A stretch of 26,244 nucleotides of DNA from Candidatus Krumholzibacteriales bacterium (GTDB lineage Bacteria > Krumholzibacteriota > Krumholzibacteriia > Krumholzibacteriales > WJIX01): positions 1 to 26,244 of the forward strand of contig JAWODM010000019.1 of NCBI GenBank assembly GCA_046483305.1. The letters are read 5' to 3'. The notes under the pieces were generated by a model. That model made no database searches. It was not told the origin of the DNA and was given only the letters and a program-made list of their open reading frames with translations. This document shows positions 1 through 8,602 of this stretch, piece by piece; position 1 is the first letter of the stretch; the number at the start of each line of letters is the position of its first letter. The position numbers and the translations under genes are program-made.

Positions 1-867
1 GGCACCGAAGAGACCAATGACGCGCAACTTCTGGAAGACTGGTTCACCGATATTCACGGCCATAATCACAGGACCAATCTGCTGGTAATGGGAGAGCGCC
101 TGATGTCCGACCTCTATTACGAAGGCGCGGTTTCGTTCCAGAGCAACGTCCTGGGAGCCGAGCTGGACGGATACAGCTACTATGATTGTACCGGAGGTAT
201 ACTGGGCGGCGGGATAGTGTATCCGATGCTGGAGCCTGTTTCCGGCGGGTGCATGGACGGGCTGGACAGCTTCTGCCTTGACGGCGGCTGTCCCTATATC
301 AATAAGTTCGATATGCTGGCGCTTCTTGGCGCCAATTCCAGCTATGCCCTCCAGTACGGCGCCGGCTGTGAATCCGAGACCAAGTACGCGGCGGTGGCCA
401 ACGACGCCAGCACCCTGAACGGCCAGCCGGCCAGGGCGGTCACCTGCGCCTTCAGCATGATGCAGGTCAGGGACTGCGAAGACGGCGGCGCTCTGGCCAG
501 GAATGAATTCTTCGCCAGGGTCATGGAATTCTTTGAAAACGGAGTGAATCCCGATATAACATACGATAATCCCGAAGCCGGCAGGTTCGTAAACAGGCTG
601 CATCAGAATTATCCGAACCCTTTCAATCCCTCGACGGCGATCAAATTCAGCCTCAAGAACCGCTGCAGGGTTACGGTAAGGGTATTCGATGTCAGCGGGA
701 GGCTGGTAAAGACGCTGATCGACGAGGTCAGGGGCCCCGGCATTTACAACGATCTCAGCTGGACCGGGACCAACGCCGCGGGAGAAAAAGTTTCAAGCGG
801 GGTCTACTTCTACAGGTTGGAGGCGGGAAGTTACAGGGACATGAAGAAGATGATCCTGCTGAGGTGA
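1..867 (+). CDS. 3' part of a secreted protein with C-terminal FlgD-Ig / T9SS type-A-like sorting domain (5'-truncated by window)
   Basis: Frame 1 is open from base 1 (GTEETNDAQLLEDWF...) into the 88..867 ORF. The C-terminus LHQNYPNPFNPSTAIKFSL...VFDVSGRLVKTL...WTGTNAAGEKVSSGVYFYRLEAG...KKMILLR is the typical FlgD-Ig/Por secretion tail. The upstream part is Cys-rich. Confidence 0.85.
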   Translation, partial: GTEETNDAQLLEDWFTDIHGHNHRTNLLVMGERLMSDLYYEGAVSFQSNVLGAELDGYSYYDCTGGILGGGIVYPMLEPVSGGCMDGLDSFCLDGGCPYINKFDMLALLGANSSYALQYGAGCESETKYAAVANDASTLNGQPARAVTCAFSMMQVRDCEDGGALARNEFFARVMEFFENGVNPDITYDNPEAGRFVNRLHQNYPNPFNPSTAIKFSLKNRCRVTVRVFDVSGRLVKTLIDEVRGPGIYNDLSWTGTNAAGEKVSSGVYFYRLEAGSYRDMKKMILLR

Positions 868-992
868 TGCCTGTCCATTTATTTTAACTATCGCGCCGGC
901 GGCTACCCGGGGCGGGAACGGTCAGGGCCGCAAGGGGGCGTCCTTACGCTGGAAGAATTCTATTTCAGGCCGCCGCGACTTCCCATGCAACC

Positions 993-1454
993 TTACTTGT
1001 GCCCGAAATATGCCTCCTCGAACCTGTCCACCAGCCCCCTCATCTCCTCAATATGATCCAGCTCCAGAGTCTGCTTCGATTTCATCGCCCCGGCCAGCAG
1101 CCGGTGAAGCAGAGCCAGTTTTTCCATGTAATTGCCGTATCCGGCGTCATCCTCAGCGACCGGCTTGATCCTCTGGGTCATGAAGTACTGATATACTATA
1201 TGCTGCAGCTCTTCGGCATGCGCTTCCTTATTGTTTATCCATCTCACTATCTGATTGTAATTCTTCTCATCCCGGCCGGTCAGCTTCTTTATCATATTCA
1301 TCGATTTTTCGATGGTCTCTATGTGCTCCCTGATGAGTTTTATCCTCATCCCGTCGTCGTATATCCCGCAGGGGATCTCGCAGTGGGATGCCGCCCCGCC
1401 CGGCCATGCCATCAACAGCAGGCAGAAGAGCCCGATTGCCGACATTGCTTTCAT
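993..1454 (-). CDS. sodN: Nickel superoxide dismutase precursor with N-terminal signal peptide
   Basis: The Ni-hook HCEIPCGIYD (HCxxPCGxY) follows a hydrophobic leader MKAMSAIGLFCLLLMAWPGGAAS; the conserved RWINNKEAHA segment is present. Start placed at ATG 1454 because AAAGGAGG lies just upstream (the ORF track starts at 1481). Confidence 0.95.
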   Translation of the reverse strand: MKAMSAIGLFCLLLMAWPGGAASHCEIPCGIYDDGMRIKLIREHIETIEKSMNMIKKLTGRDEKNYNQIVRWINNKEAHAEELQHIVYQYFMTQRIKPVAEDDAGYGNYMEKLALLHRLLAGAMKSKQTLELDHIEEMRGLVDRFEEAYFGHK

Positions 1455-1530
1455 AGCTTCCTCCTTTAATCTGGGTTTCACGGTTAGAATTCATCCACGG
1501 CTGACAACCTCGATCTTACAACAGAGAAGA

Positions 1531-1549
1531 GATATTTTAAATCATTATC
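1531..1549. promoter_or_regulatory. Fur-box-like operator in the divergent sodN / kinase-operon intergenic region
   Basis: GATATTTTAAATCATTATC matches 15/19 positions of the classical Fur box GATAATGATAATCATTATC, with one perfect half site ATCATTATC. Confidence 0.55.
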
Positions 1550-1585
1550 TGCCGGCGGGAGAATAGCGGTAAAATCCATAAACAG

Positions 1586-1614
1586 TTGACTTATCTTCCG
1601 GGCTCGGGTAGATT
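1586..1614 (+). promoter_or_regulatory. Putative sigma70 promoter of the kinase operon
   Basis: TTGACT (1586-1591), 17 nt spacer, TAGATT (1609-1614); about 100 nt upstream of ATG 1716. Confidence 0.6.
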
Positions 1615-1715
1615 TTAGTTGCCGGTACATGCCTTAATCACGAATCGGCAACGGCGGTGGGATAATCCGGCATGAGCGGGGAAAACCTATTTTTTTACGC
1701 CGGGGATAAGCGCAG

Positions 1716-3434
1716 ATGAACGAAAAACAGATCGGCGACTACAAAATCCTGAAACAGATAGGGGCCGGAGGAATGGCCAGGGTCTACCTGGGGGTTCACA
1801 AGGATGTACCGAACCTGAAAGTGGTTCTGAAGGTCCTCTCCGACCCCAGGCAGGCGGAGCGGTTCAAGCAGGAAGCCGACAAGCTGGCTCTTCTGGACAG
1901 GCACCCCCATATCTGCAAGATCAAGCATTTCTTCAACCACGGAGAAGAGCTGGTCATAGTAATGGAGTATATCGAGGGGGAATCTCTGAAGGAGATGCTG
2001 GATGAGAAGGGAAAACTTCCCATACCTGAAGCTCTTAACATCGTCTGCGATATTATCTCAGCCCTGGAACCGGCCCACCAGCAGGGGATCTACCACCGGG
2101 ACATCAAACCGGGGAATATCATGTTCAAGGAATCAGGGCAGGTTAAGATTATCGACTTCGGGATAGCCAAGGCCAAAACCGACCCCAGCCTGACCATGGT
2201 GGGGACCAGCGCCGGCACTCCCGATTATATGGCTCCGGAGCAGTTCGCCGCGTCAGAGGATATCGACTACTCCAAATCGGATATCTACGCGGTGGGTACC
2301 ATGCTGTTCCAGATGCTTACCGGGGAGCTGCCCTTCAAGGGGGCTAATGAATTTGTGCTCAGAGACGCCAAGCTGCTCGAAAACCCGCCCAAACCTTCCA
2401 GCCTGAACAGTGAAATAAGCAGGGAGCTGGACCAGGCGATTCTCAAATCTATTCAGAGCGACCCCGAAAAAAGATTCGGTTCGGTAACAGAGTTGAAGGA
2501 GAAGCTGCAGGAGATCTGCAGGTCGTATAAAACCGCCGAAACCATCGCCTCCATAAAAGAGCCGGAGAGACGCGAGCCTGCCGGTGTAAGAGAGGGCGCG
2601 GGAAGCAGGAAACTGACGTACATCGTATCCGCGGCGGTTCTGGTGGCCGCGGCGGCGGTTTACTTTCTGTTCTTCCGGCCATCCCCGGCGCCTTCCGGCG
2701 AAATAACCGTAACCGTGACTCCAGCCAGCAACATATACATAGACGGCCGTCTGTCCGGCCGCTCCACCAGCGTTCACAGCGCCAGCCTGGAGGAGGGGAA
2801 ACACACTATCAGAATCGAAAACATGTCAGCCCTGTTCGAGAAGGAGATACTGGATACCGTAATGATCCCGGCGGGCGGCGCCATTAACAGAGAGTACAGC
2901 TTCATGGGAGGGCTCGATATCAGAATCAATCCTTCCGGATCGATATTCATAGGTGAAACCCTGGTTGAAGAATCGACCTCGGGAGAGTTTCTTCCCCTTC
3001 CTCCCGGGAGGCATATCCTGAGGGTCAGAAACGAAGCGGCCTCCGGCAAAAAGGAATTCGCGGATACCATTCAGCTGGCCGCAAACATGAAGCTGGAGAA
3101 GGATTACACCTTCGACATCCGCTCCGGTCCGGCGGCGGATCAAGACCAGGGAGAAAGAGAATCCGCCTCTTCCGGAACCGGCGGCGGGGAAGCTCAAACC
3201 TCCGAGGAATCGCCTCCGGGGAGGCTTCTGGTAGGGTCCAGGCCAAGGTTCGGGGATATCTACATTGACGGCGTTCTGCAGGAATACAAAACCCCCTATA
3301 CCTTCAGTATCGCCCCCGGCAGATATACGGTCAGGGTAGTAATAACTGAGGACGGAAAGAGTTATGAGAAGGTGTACAGGGTGGAAATAAAAAGTGGCGA
3401 AACTGAAAAAATTAACTTTAAACCCACGGAATAA
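1716..3434 (+). CDS. Membrane-anchored Hanks-type Ser/Thr protein kinase with extracytoplasmic PEGA-like repeats
   Basis: Kinase motifs GAGGMARVY, VVLKVL, HRDIKPGN, DFGIA, GTPDYMAPE and SDIYAVG; TM helix YIVSAAVLVAAAAVYFLFF; three PEGA-like units (GEITVTVTPASNIYIDG, GGLDIRINPSGSIFIG, GRLLVGSRPRFGDIYIDG...TPYTFSIAPGRYTVRV). Confidence 0.93.
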   Translation: MNEKQIGDYKILKQIGAGGMARVYLGVHKDVPNLKVVLKVLSDPRQAERFKQEADKLALLDRHPHICKIKHFFNHGEELVIVMEYIEGESLKEMLDEKGKLPIPEALNIVCDIISALEPAHQQGIYHRDIKPGNIMFKESGQVKIIDFGIAKAKTDPSLTMVGTSAGTPDYMAPEQFAASEDIDYSKSDIYAVGTMLFQMLTGELPFKGANEFVLRDAKLLENPPKPSSLNSEISRELDQAILKSIQSDPEKRFGSVTELKEKLQEICRSYKTAETIASIKEPERREPAGVREGAGSRKLTYIVSAAVLVAAAAVYFLFFRPSPAPSGEITVTVTPASNIYIDGRLSGRSTSVHSASLEEGKHTIRIENMSALFEKEILDTVMIPAGGAINREYSFMGGLDIRINPSGSIFIGETLVEESTSGEFLPLPPGRHILRVRNEAASGKKEFADTIQLAANMKLEKDYTFDIRSGPAADQDQGERESASSGTGGGEAQTSEESPPGRLLVGSRPRFGDIYIDGVLQEYKTPYTFSIAPGRYTVRVVITEDGKSYEKVYRVEIKSGETEKINFKPTE

Positions 3435-3483
3435 TAGGATATAATTTCTATATCTTTTTAACCATTCAATCCAGGGGGGCGTT

Positions 3484-4533
3484 ATGAGCGGTAAACTTTT
3501 TGTGCGTACAGCCGTATCTCTGTCGATGATCTTCCTGCTTCTGCCGGCATTCGCCGGCCCGGCCCGCGCCGGCGAAGATGACACCATCGCCAAGCAGCTG
3601 GCTGAAGCGGTAAATCTCTACACCGAGCTGGAGTTTGACAGGGGGCTGCAGATAACCGACCGGCTTCTGGCCAGGGATGACCTTACCCCGAACGACAGTA
3701 TCGCGATCTTCGAAGTAAAGAGTATAATCACGTACGCCAAGGGACAGCAGTACAGGAACAAGGCGTTCGACTATCTTACCAACATCTCCAGAATAGGGCA
3801 TTGCCTGATTCACCTGCCCAGGGAGATATGGCCAACTGAACTCAGAGACAGGTGGTACGCCATATCGAAACAGAAGAACATACTGACCTGCCCGGTGGAA
3901 GAGGAGTCCAATATTCAGACTATCGCCATCATGGAATTCGACAACTATTCAGTGGGCAAGTACCAGGAGAAGCTGGGAGACCTCAGCAAGGGGCTGGCCG
4001 ACTTCTTCGAATATGATTTTTCGCGCTTTTCCGATCTGAAAGTGGTGGAGAGAGACAAGATAGATTACATACTCAAAGAGCTCAAGATGGTGGAAGAGGG
4101 GAAAATCGACAAGGCCACCGCGGTGAAAGCAGGCAAGATACTTGGAGCGCAGATGATGGTGTTCGGAAGCATCACCCAGATAGACGACGACAACGCGGTG
4201 ATGCTCGCGCGCGCAGTCAACGTGGAGACCTCCGAGGTCATGACCATCGCGGAAAAGAGAGGAAAGCCGAATTTCGTGGAAATGGAGAAGGAGCTGGTAA
4301 AGGAACTGGCTGAACAGCTCGACCTCATGGTGACTGACAAAAACAGAGAACTTATCGACGAATCCGCCACTACAGACATGGATGCCGCAAACCTGTACTC
4401 CATGGGACTGAAATACCTGGACAGGTACGAATACAAGAAGGCCTATGACTTCTTCAAGAAGGCTTACGAAAAGGACAGCAGCTTCGCCGAAGCGAAGAGG
4501 AAGATGGAAGTTTACAAGCCGCTTATCAGTTAG
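3484..4533 (+). CDS. Secreted protein with CsgG/HfaB (FlgO/TolB-N-like) domain and TPR-like helices
   Basis: Signal peptide ending PARA; CsgG-like core TIAIMEFDNY...LKVVERDKIDYILKEL...AVKAGKILGAQMMVFGSI; C-terminal TPR (LYSMGLKYLDRYEYKKAYDFFKKAYEKD). Confidence 0.75.
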   Translation: MSGKLFVRTAVSLSMIFLLLPAFAGPARAGEDDTIAKQLAEAVNLYTELEFDRGLQITDRLLARDDLTPNDSIAIFEVKSIITYAKGQQYRNKAFDYLTNISRIGHCLIHLPREIWPTELRDRWYAISKQKNILTCPVEEESNIQTIAIMEFDNYSVGKYQEKLGDLSKGLADFFEYDFSRFSDLKVVERDKIDYILKELKMVEEGKIDKATAVKAGKILGAQMMVFGSITQIDDDNAVMLARAVNVETSEVMTIAEKRGKPNFVEMEKELVKELAEQLDLMVTDKNRELIDESATTDMDAANLYSMGLKYLDRYEYKKAYDFFKKAYEKDSSFAEAKRKMEVYKPLIS

Positions 4534-4572
4534 CTGATCAGGCCGGAAAGCGGGGAGAGGATAAGAGGATAT

Positions 4573-5898
4573 ATGAAGAAATATATTGCGTCCCTGGCCG
4601 TTCTGTCGATCCTGCTGAGCGCCGGCTGTTCCCAGTCGCTGTACATGAAGGGAAAGGCCGCCTCGGAGGAAGGGAACATTGATACCGCGCTGAAGTTCCT
4701 TTACATGGCTGTTGAGGAAAACCCCGACAATTACAGGGCCTGGCGTGAAATCGGAACTATTTACTATGAGGGAGGGGAGCCCGGAAAGGCGGAAGAAGCG
4801 TTTGCCATGTCTAACCGGATAAGGCCGAACGCCCCTTCCAGCCTGTACCTGGGCCTGATAATGGAGGAAAGAGGCGAGTTCGGCAGGGCTATCAAACTTT
4901 ACGGTTCCGCGGTGAACCTGGAGGGAGATGCCCGGATGAGGGAGAGGGTGCGCGAAAGGCTGGATGTTCTTATAGACAGGAAGCTGGAGAGGGAGGCGGT
5001 CGCAGCGGTGCGGAATGAATCGGATATCGAGACCAGCTTCATTCCTGACAGCACTATCGCTGTAATCAACTTCGACGGTTCGGCGCTGGACCAGGATATG
5101 AAACCTCTGGCGCTGGGACTGGCGGAACTTACCGCCAACGACCTGGCCAAGATCTCCAGCCTCAACGTAATAGAAAGAATCAAGATAAACACCATTCTGG
5201 ACGAACTGAAATTCAGCCAGTCCAGGTACGCCGACCCCGCAGTGGCGCCGAGAGTGGGAAAGCTGCTGGGCAGCCGCAGGCTGGTGCTTGGGAACATAGT
5301 TGAAACCGGCGACGAAGAGCTGAGGATCGACGGGGCGGTGGTAAACACTATTGGCGGAGATGCCCTTCGGACCGGAGCGGCGGAGGGGAAACTGAAGAAG
5401 TTCTTCGAGGTGCAGAAGAACTTTGTTTTCAGCGTCATAGACACTCTGGGGATACAGCTTACCAGGGAGGAGAGGGACGCCATAGAGGAAGTTCCCACCG
5501 AATCCTTCCTCGCCTTCATGGCGTTCAGCCGGGGGCTCTATTACCAGAAAGAGGGGATGCCGGGGGAGGCTGTCAAGTCGTTCCGGGAGGCCGGGGATCA
5601 CGATCCCGGATTCAGCAGGGCGACCAACCTGGCCGGGAAGATGCAGCTGGCCGCCAACTTTGGCGCGGAAGGGAATACCGGAAAATTCAAAAAAATGATA
5701 GATACCTCGGTGAGGGCCGATGAAATGGAGGCAGGGCTGGGTAATATTCAGAACGCCAACCTTTTCAACAACGGGTTCATAAGAACCGGCGACGGCCGTT
5801 ACTACTTCGGAATCGATCCGCTGGCCCCGCCTGGAGGAGGAGAAATTTCCACCGGTTACGGAGTTATTGTCATAGAAGGGAATCTCGATGCGGATTAA
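4573..5898 (+). CDS. Lipoprotein with TPR repeats and CsgG/HfaB-like domain
   Basis: Lipobox LSAG-C; N-terminal TPRs (AVEENPDNYRAWREIGTIYY); CsgG-like TIAVINFD...LNVIERIKINTILDEL...RVGKLLGSRRLVLGNI; one further TPR; RBS GAGGA upstream. Confidence 0.78.
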   Translation: MKKYIASLAVLSILLSAGCSQSLYMKGKAASEEGNIDTALKFLYMAVEENPDNYRAWREIGTIYYEGGEPGKAEEAFAMSNRIRPNAPSSLYLGLIMEERGEFGRAIKLYGSAVNLEGDARMRERVRERLDVLIDRKLEREAVAAVRNESDIETSFIPDSTIAVINFDGSALDQDMKPLALGLAELTANDLAKISSLNVIERIKINTILDELKFSQSRYADPAVAPRVGKLLGSRRLVLGNIVETGDEELRIDGAVVNTIGGDALRTGAAEGKLKKFFEVQKNFVFSVIDTLGIQLTREERDAIEEVPTESFLAFMAFSRGLYYQKEGMPGEAVKSFREAGDHDPGFSRATNLAGKMQLAANFGAEGNTGKFKKMIDTSVRADEMEAGLGNIQNANLFNNGFIRTGDGRYYFGIDPLAPPGGGEISTGYGVIVIEGNLDAD

Positions 5899-7012
5899 AA
5901 AGATATTCATACTGGCCCTGATTATATCTGTGCCGCCCCTGTCAGCCTCTTTCGGACAGATAATATACAATCAGCCGTACTCAGCGAGCCTGAACTTTTA
6001 TTACAACAACTGGTCGCTGGACAATCCGGTGACCGGGGGGAAAGAAGATTTCTCTCAGAAAACCTTTTCTCTCTCCGGGTTCGTGCCGCTGAGGGATAAT
6101 TTCGAGGCCAGATACTCCATAGTTACGGCCTCCAACAGCCTGGATATGAACAACACCAATAACGAGCTGTCCGGGCTGGGGGACCTGAGAGTCCAGTTTT
6201 CCCACTCCTTCTACAGCGACAGGGTGCTTCTCTCGGCGGGGGCTAACCTTCCTACCGGAAAGCAGGAACTGGATACCGGCGAAGAACTTCAGGTAATTGA
6301 ATTTCTTTCAAGGGATTACCTCTCCTTTCCGGTAAGGCGTTACGGCGAAGGAGCCGGATTCAACCTGCTTGCGGGAGGCGCTGCCAGTGTGGGCCCGGTG
6401 AAGTGCGGAGCTACCGCTTCCTATTATTATACAGGCACATACACCCCGTATGCCGACTTCGGCGATTACAATCCGGGAAACAACTTTTCGCTGGGGGGAA
6501 GCGCGGAACTGACCGCTGACCGGATCCATTACTCGGCGCGGCTCAGTTATTCAATATCGGGGGCCGACCAGCTGGACGGCGATGACATATATAAACAGGC
6601 GGACAGGTTTACTACTCTTCTATCTGTCTCGTACAGAGAACAGCCATATATGGTAACCGCCGGCACCAGAATAATCCTGCGGGGGAAAAACACCCGATAC
6701 AGCATTACCGACGGCGCTATCGAAAGCCAGCTGAAGAAGTACGGAGATGAATTCGATCTATTCCTGCATTTCGATTATTCAGCAGCTGAACGCTGGTTAT
6801 TGGGAGCGCGCCTGGCCACCCGGCAGATCTCTTCCGGGGAGGAAGTGATGGACCGGGCCTCCATATACAGCATCGGACTCAGCGCATCCAGAAAACTGTC
6901 AGATCATTACAGGGCAAACCTGGGGGGGATATATCATACCGGGTCGACAGACCGGGACGATATAAGTGTCAGCGGGTTCCAGATGACCGCTTCCCTGTCT
7001 GCGGCGTATTAG
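5888..7012 (+). CDS. Putative outer-membrane beta-barrel protein
   Basis: Signal peptide; alternating amphipathic strands rich in Y/F/G/S; SGLGDLRV...LSAGANLPTGK motif seen in MetA/phenol-pathway-like barrels; C-terminal aromatic residue (..ASLSAAY). Overlaps the upstream gene by 11 nt. Confidence 0.7.
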   Translation: MRIKKIFILALIISVPPLSASFGQIIYNQPYSASLNFYYNNWSLDNPVTGGKEDFSQKTFSLSGFVPLRDNFEARYSIVTASNSLDMNNTNNELSGLGDLRVQFSHSFYSDRVLLSAGANLPTGKQELDTGEELQVIEFLSRDYLSFPVRRYGEGAGFNLLAGGAASVGPVKCGATASYYYTGTYTPYADFGDYNPGNNFSLGGSAELTADRIHYSARLSYSISGADQLDGDDIYKQADRFTTLLSVSYREQPYMVTAGTRIILRGKNTRYSITDGAIESQLKKYGDEFDLFLHFDYSAAERWLLGARLATRQISSGEEVMDRASIYSIGLSASRKLSDHYRANLGGIYHTGSTDRDDISVSGFQMTASLSAAY

Positions 7013-7018
7013 TGGGAG

Positions 7019-8557
7019 ATGATAATGAATAAACGATACAGAGAGATAATTGCGGCATTGTCAATTATGGTTGTTCTGGCACTCTGCGCCGGATGCTCGG
7101 AGAGAATAACCGAAACAACAGGCGGGGAAGCAGAGCTGCGGATATCTGCTGCCGGGGGAGCGGGGGCGGAGCTGAGCCGGGCATCATCATTCACCCTGAC
7201 CATAACCGGCCCCGGTATCATCAATCCTATCAAAACAGACCTGATCTACGAAAACGGGCTACTTATTGGAACCGTTACGGTGCCGGCCGGGCCGAAGAGA
7301 GTTTTCCTGATCGAAGGCTTTGACGAAGCGGGAGCGCTCATCTACTCGGGAAGGACCGTGGCCGACGTAAATCCTGATGAGGTAACCTCGCTCAGCATAG
7401 ATATCGAGCCCCGGATACCGATGGTGAAACTATCGCCTTCCTACTACTTCGAGCCCTACGGTTCCTACCTCCAGTACAGGGTAAGGGTTCATAATATGGC
7501 GCAGCTCCGGAGTATCGCAATACAGATAGATAATTACAGTGAAAAATATGGCACCCAGTACGGATTCTACGCCAACGATGTAGTTATAAACCCCATGATA
7601 TCTGATTTCGCGTCGCTGACATGGTATAACCTGGAAGCCCCTCCCGGAGTAGTCCTGAATGTTTCCCACCGTTATGCCGGTAACAGCATTATAGACCCCT
7701 CCGGGTACCGGGAGCTTGCCACAGTGGTGATAAGAACCTATACCCCCTATCTGGGCCCAACGCTGTTGAATGCCATTTTCGAGCCCCAGGTTATCTCAAT
7801 GGTCGGGATCGAGGGAGACACCCTCGACCAGGCGATCTACAGCGAGAATTCAAACGCTTTCCTCTTCGAGCCGACCGAACAGCGGAGCGGCTACTGGAAG
7901 ATGGACTGGGACGGGCAGTATCCAAACATCGTGCTGGACAGCTCCGGGAATAACCTCGATGGCTCGGCGGCGGGGACAACCTGGGACGAGGGGATGTGGG
8001 GAAGCGCCAGGACCTTCGACGGGAACGACGATTTCATCACCATCCCCGACAACCCACTTCTTGATCTTGACGAAGGTTTAACCGTTTCATTCTGGATAAA
8101 GGCGGTACCCTACGCCAACGAGGATACCGGGGCGGTCATCAGCAAGATGTCCGGTGACGGGCCGATTAACTACCAGATCCTGTTCTCCTGGCTTCCCGGA
8201 GCGGTGGAACAGGGGAACTGCAGATTCATATTCCGTTACGGCAATCCTCCCTACCAGTACTACAGCGCAGAGGTGCCTGACATCGCCAACAATGAGTGGA
8301 GGCACGTAATCTTCTCATACGATTTCGGAAAGCCCTCTTCCGCGATACTGGTAATCGATTACAGCAGGATAATCAGCGGCAGCTGGCTGGATGACAGCGG
8401 AGGAGCGGAAGCCACCGTAAACGACGGACAGCTCCTGTTCGGAAAACAGGATAACACCGATCAGCCATATTATCTGGCCGGAGGGCTGGATGAATTTGAG
8501 CTGTACAGTCAGTCCTTCGGGTGGCAGGCGCTCCAGTATATCTTTTTCCCGAGATAG
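7019..8557 (+). CDS. Lipoprotein with C-terminal LamG-like jellyroll domain
   Basis: Lipobox LCAG-C; C-terminal GYWKMD...VLDSSGNNLDG...ARTFDGNDDFITIPD...LTVSFWIK...WRHV...LAGGLDEFELY is typical of LamG_3/concanavalin-like domains. Start could be 7019 or 7025. Confidence 0.8.
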   Translation: MIMNKRYREIIAALSIMVVLALCAGCSERITETTGGEAELRISAAGGAGAELSRASSFTLTITGPGIINPIKTDLIYENGLLIGTVTVPAGPKRVFLIEGFDEAGALIYSGRTVADVNPDEVTSLSIDIEPRIPMVKLSPSYYFEPYGSYLQYRVRVHNMAQLRSIAIQIDNYSEKYGTQYGFYANDVVINPMISDFASLTWYNLEAPPGVVLNVSHRYAGNSIIDPSGYRELATVVIRTYTPYLGPTLLNAIFEPQVISMVGIEGDTLDQAIYSENSNAFLFEPTEQRSGYWKMDWDGQYPNIVLDSSGNNLDGSAAGTTWDEGMWGSARTFDGNDDFITIPDNPLLDLDEGLTVSFWIKAVPYANEDTGAVISKMSGDGPINYQILFSWLPGAVEQGNCRFIFRYGNPPYQYYSAEVPDIANNEWRHVIFSYDFGKPSSAILVIDYSRIISGSWLDDSGGAEATVNDGQLLFGKQDNTDQPYYLAGGLDEFELYSQSFGWQALQYIFFPR

Positions 8558-8602
8558 AAACAGGTATTATCAACAGGCCGGCTCAGAGCAGGTAACTACC
8601 CT

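Noticed and set aside
868..992. GC-rich gap between convergent genes as a possible terminator or ncRNA
   Set aside because: No clean stem with U-tract or recognisable RNA family motif was found by eye.
3438..3459. GATATA-N5-TATATC followed by a T-run, containing TATAAT, after the kinase gene
   Set aside because: The AT-rich stem is too weak for a confident terminator and there is no convincing -35; ambiguous.
3484..5898. Curli biogenesis operon
   Set aside because: Only CsgG-like domains fused to TPRs are present; no curlin repeats or CsgE/CsgF are visible.
3949..5970. 673-aa ORF on the - strand
   Set aside because: It is antisense to two well-supported CsgG/TPR genes, has no recognisable motif, and has the composition of a shadow frame from codon bias.
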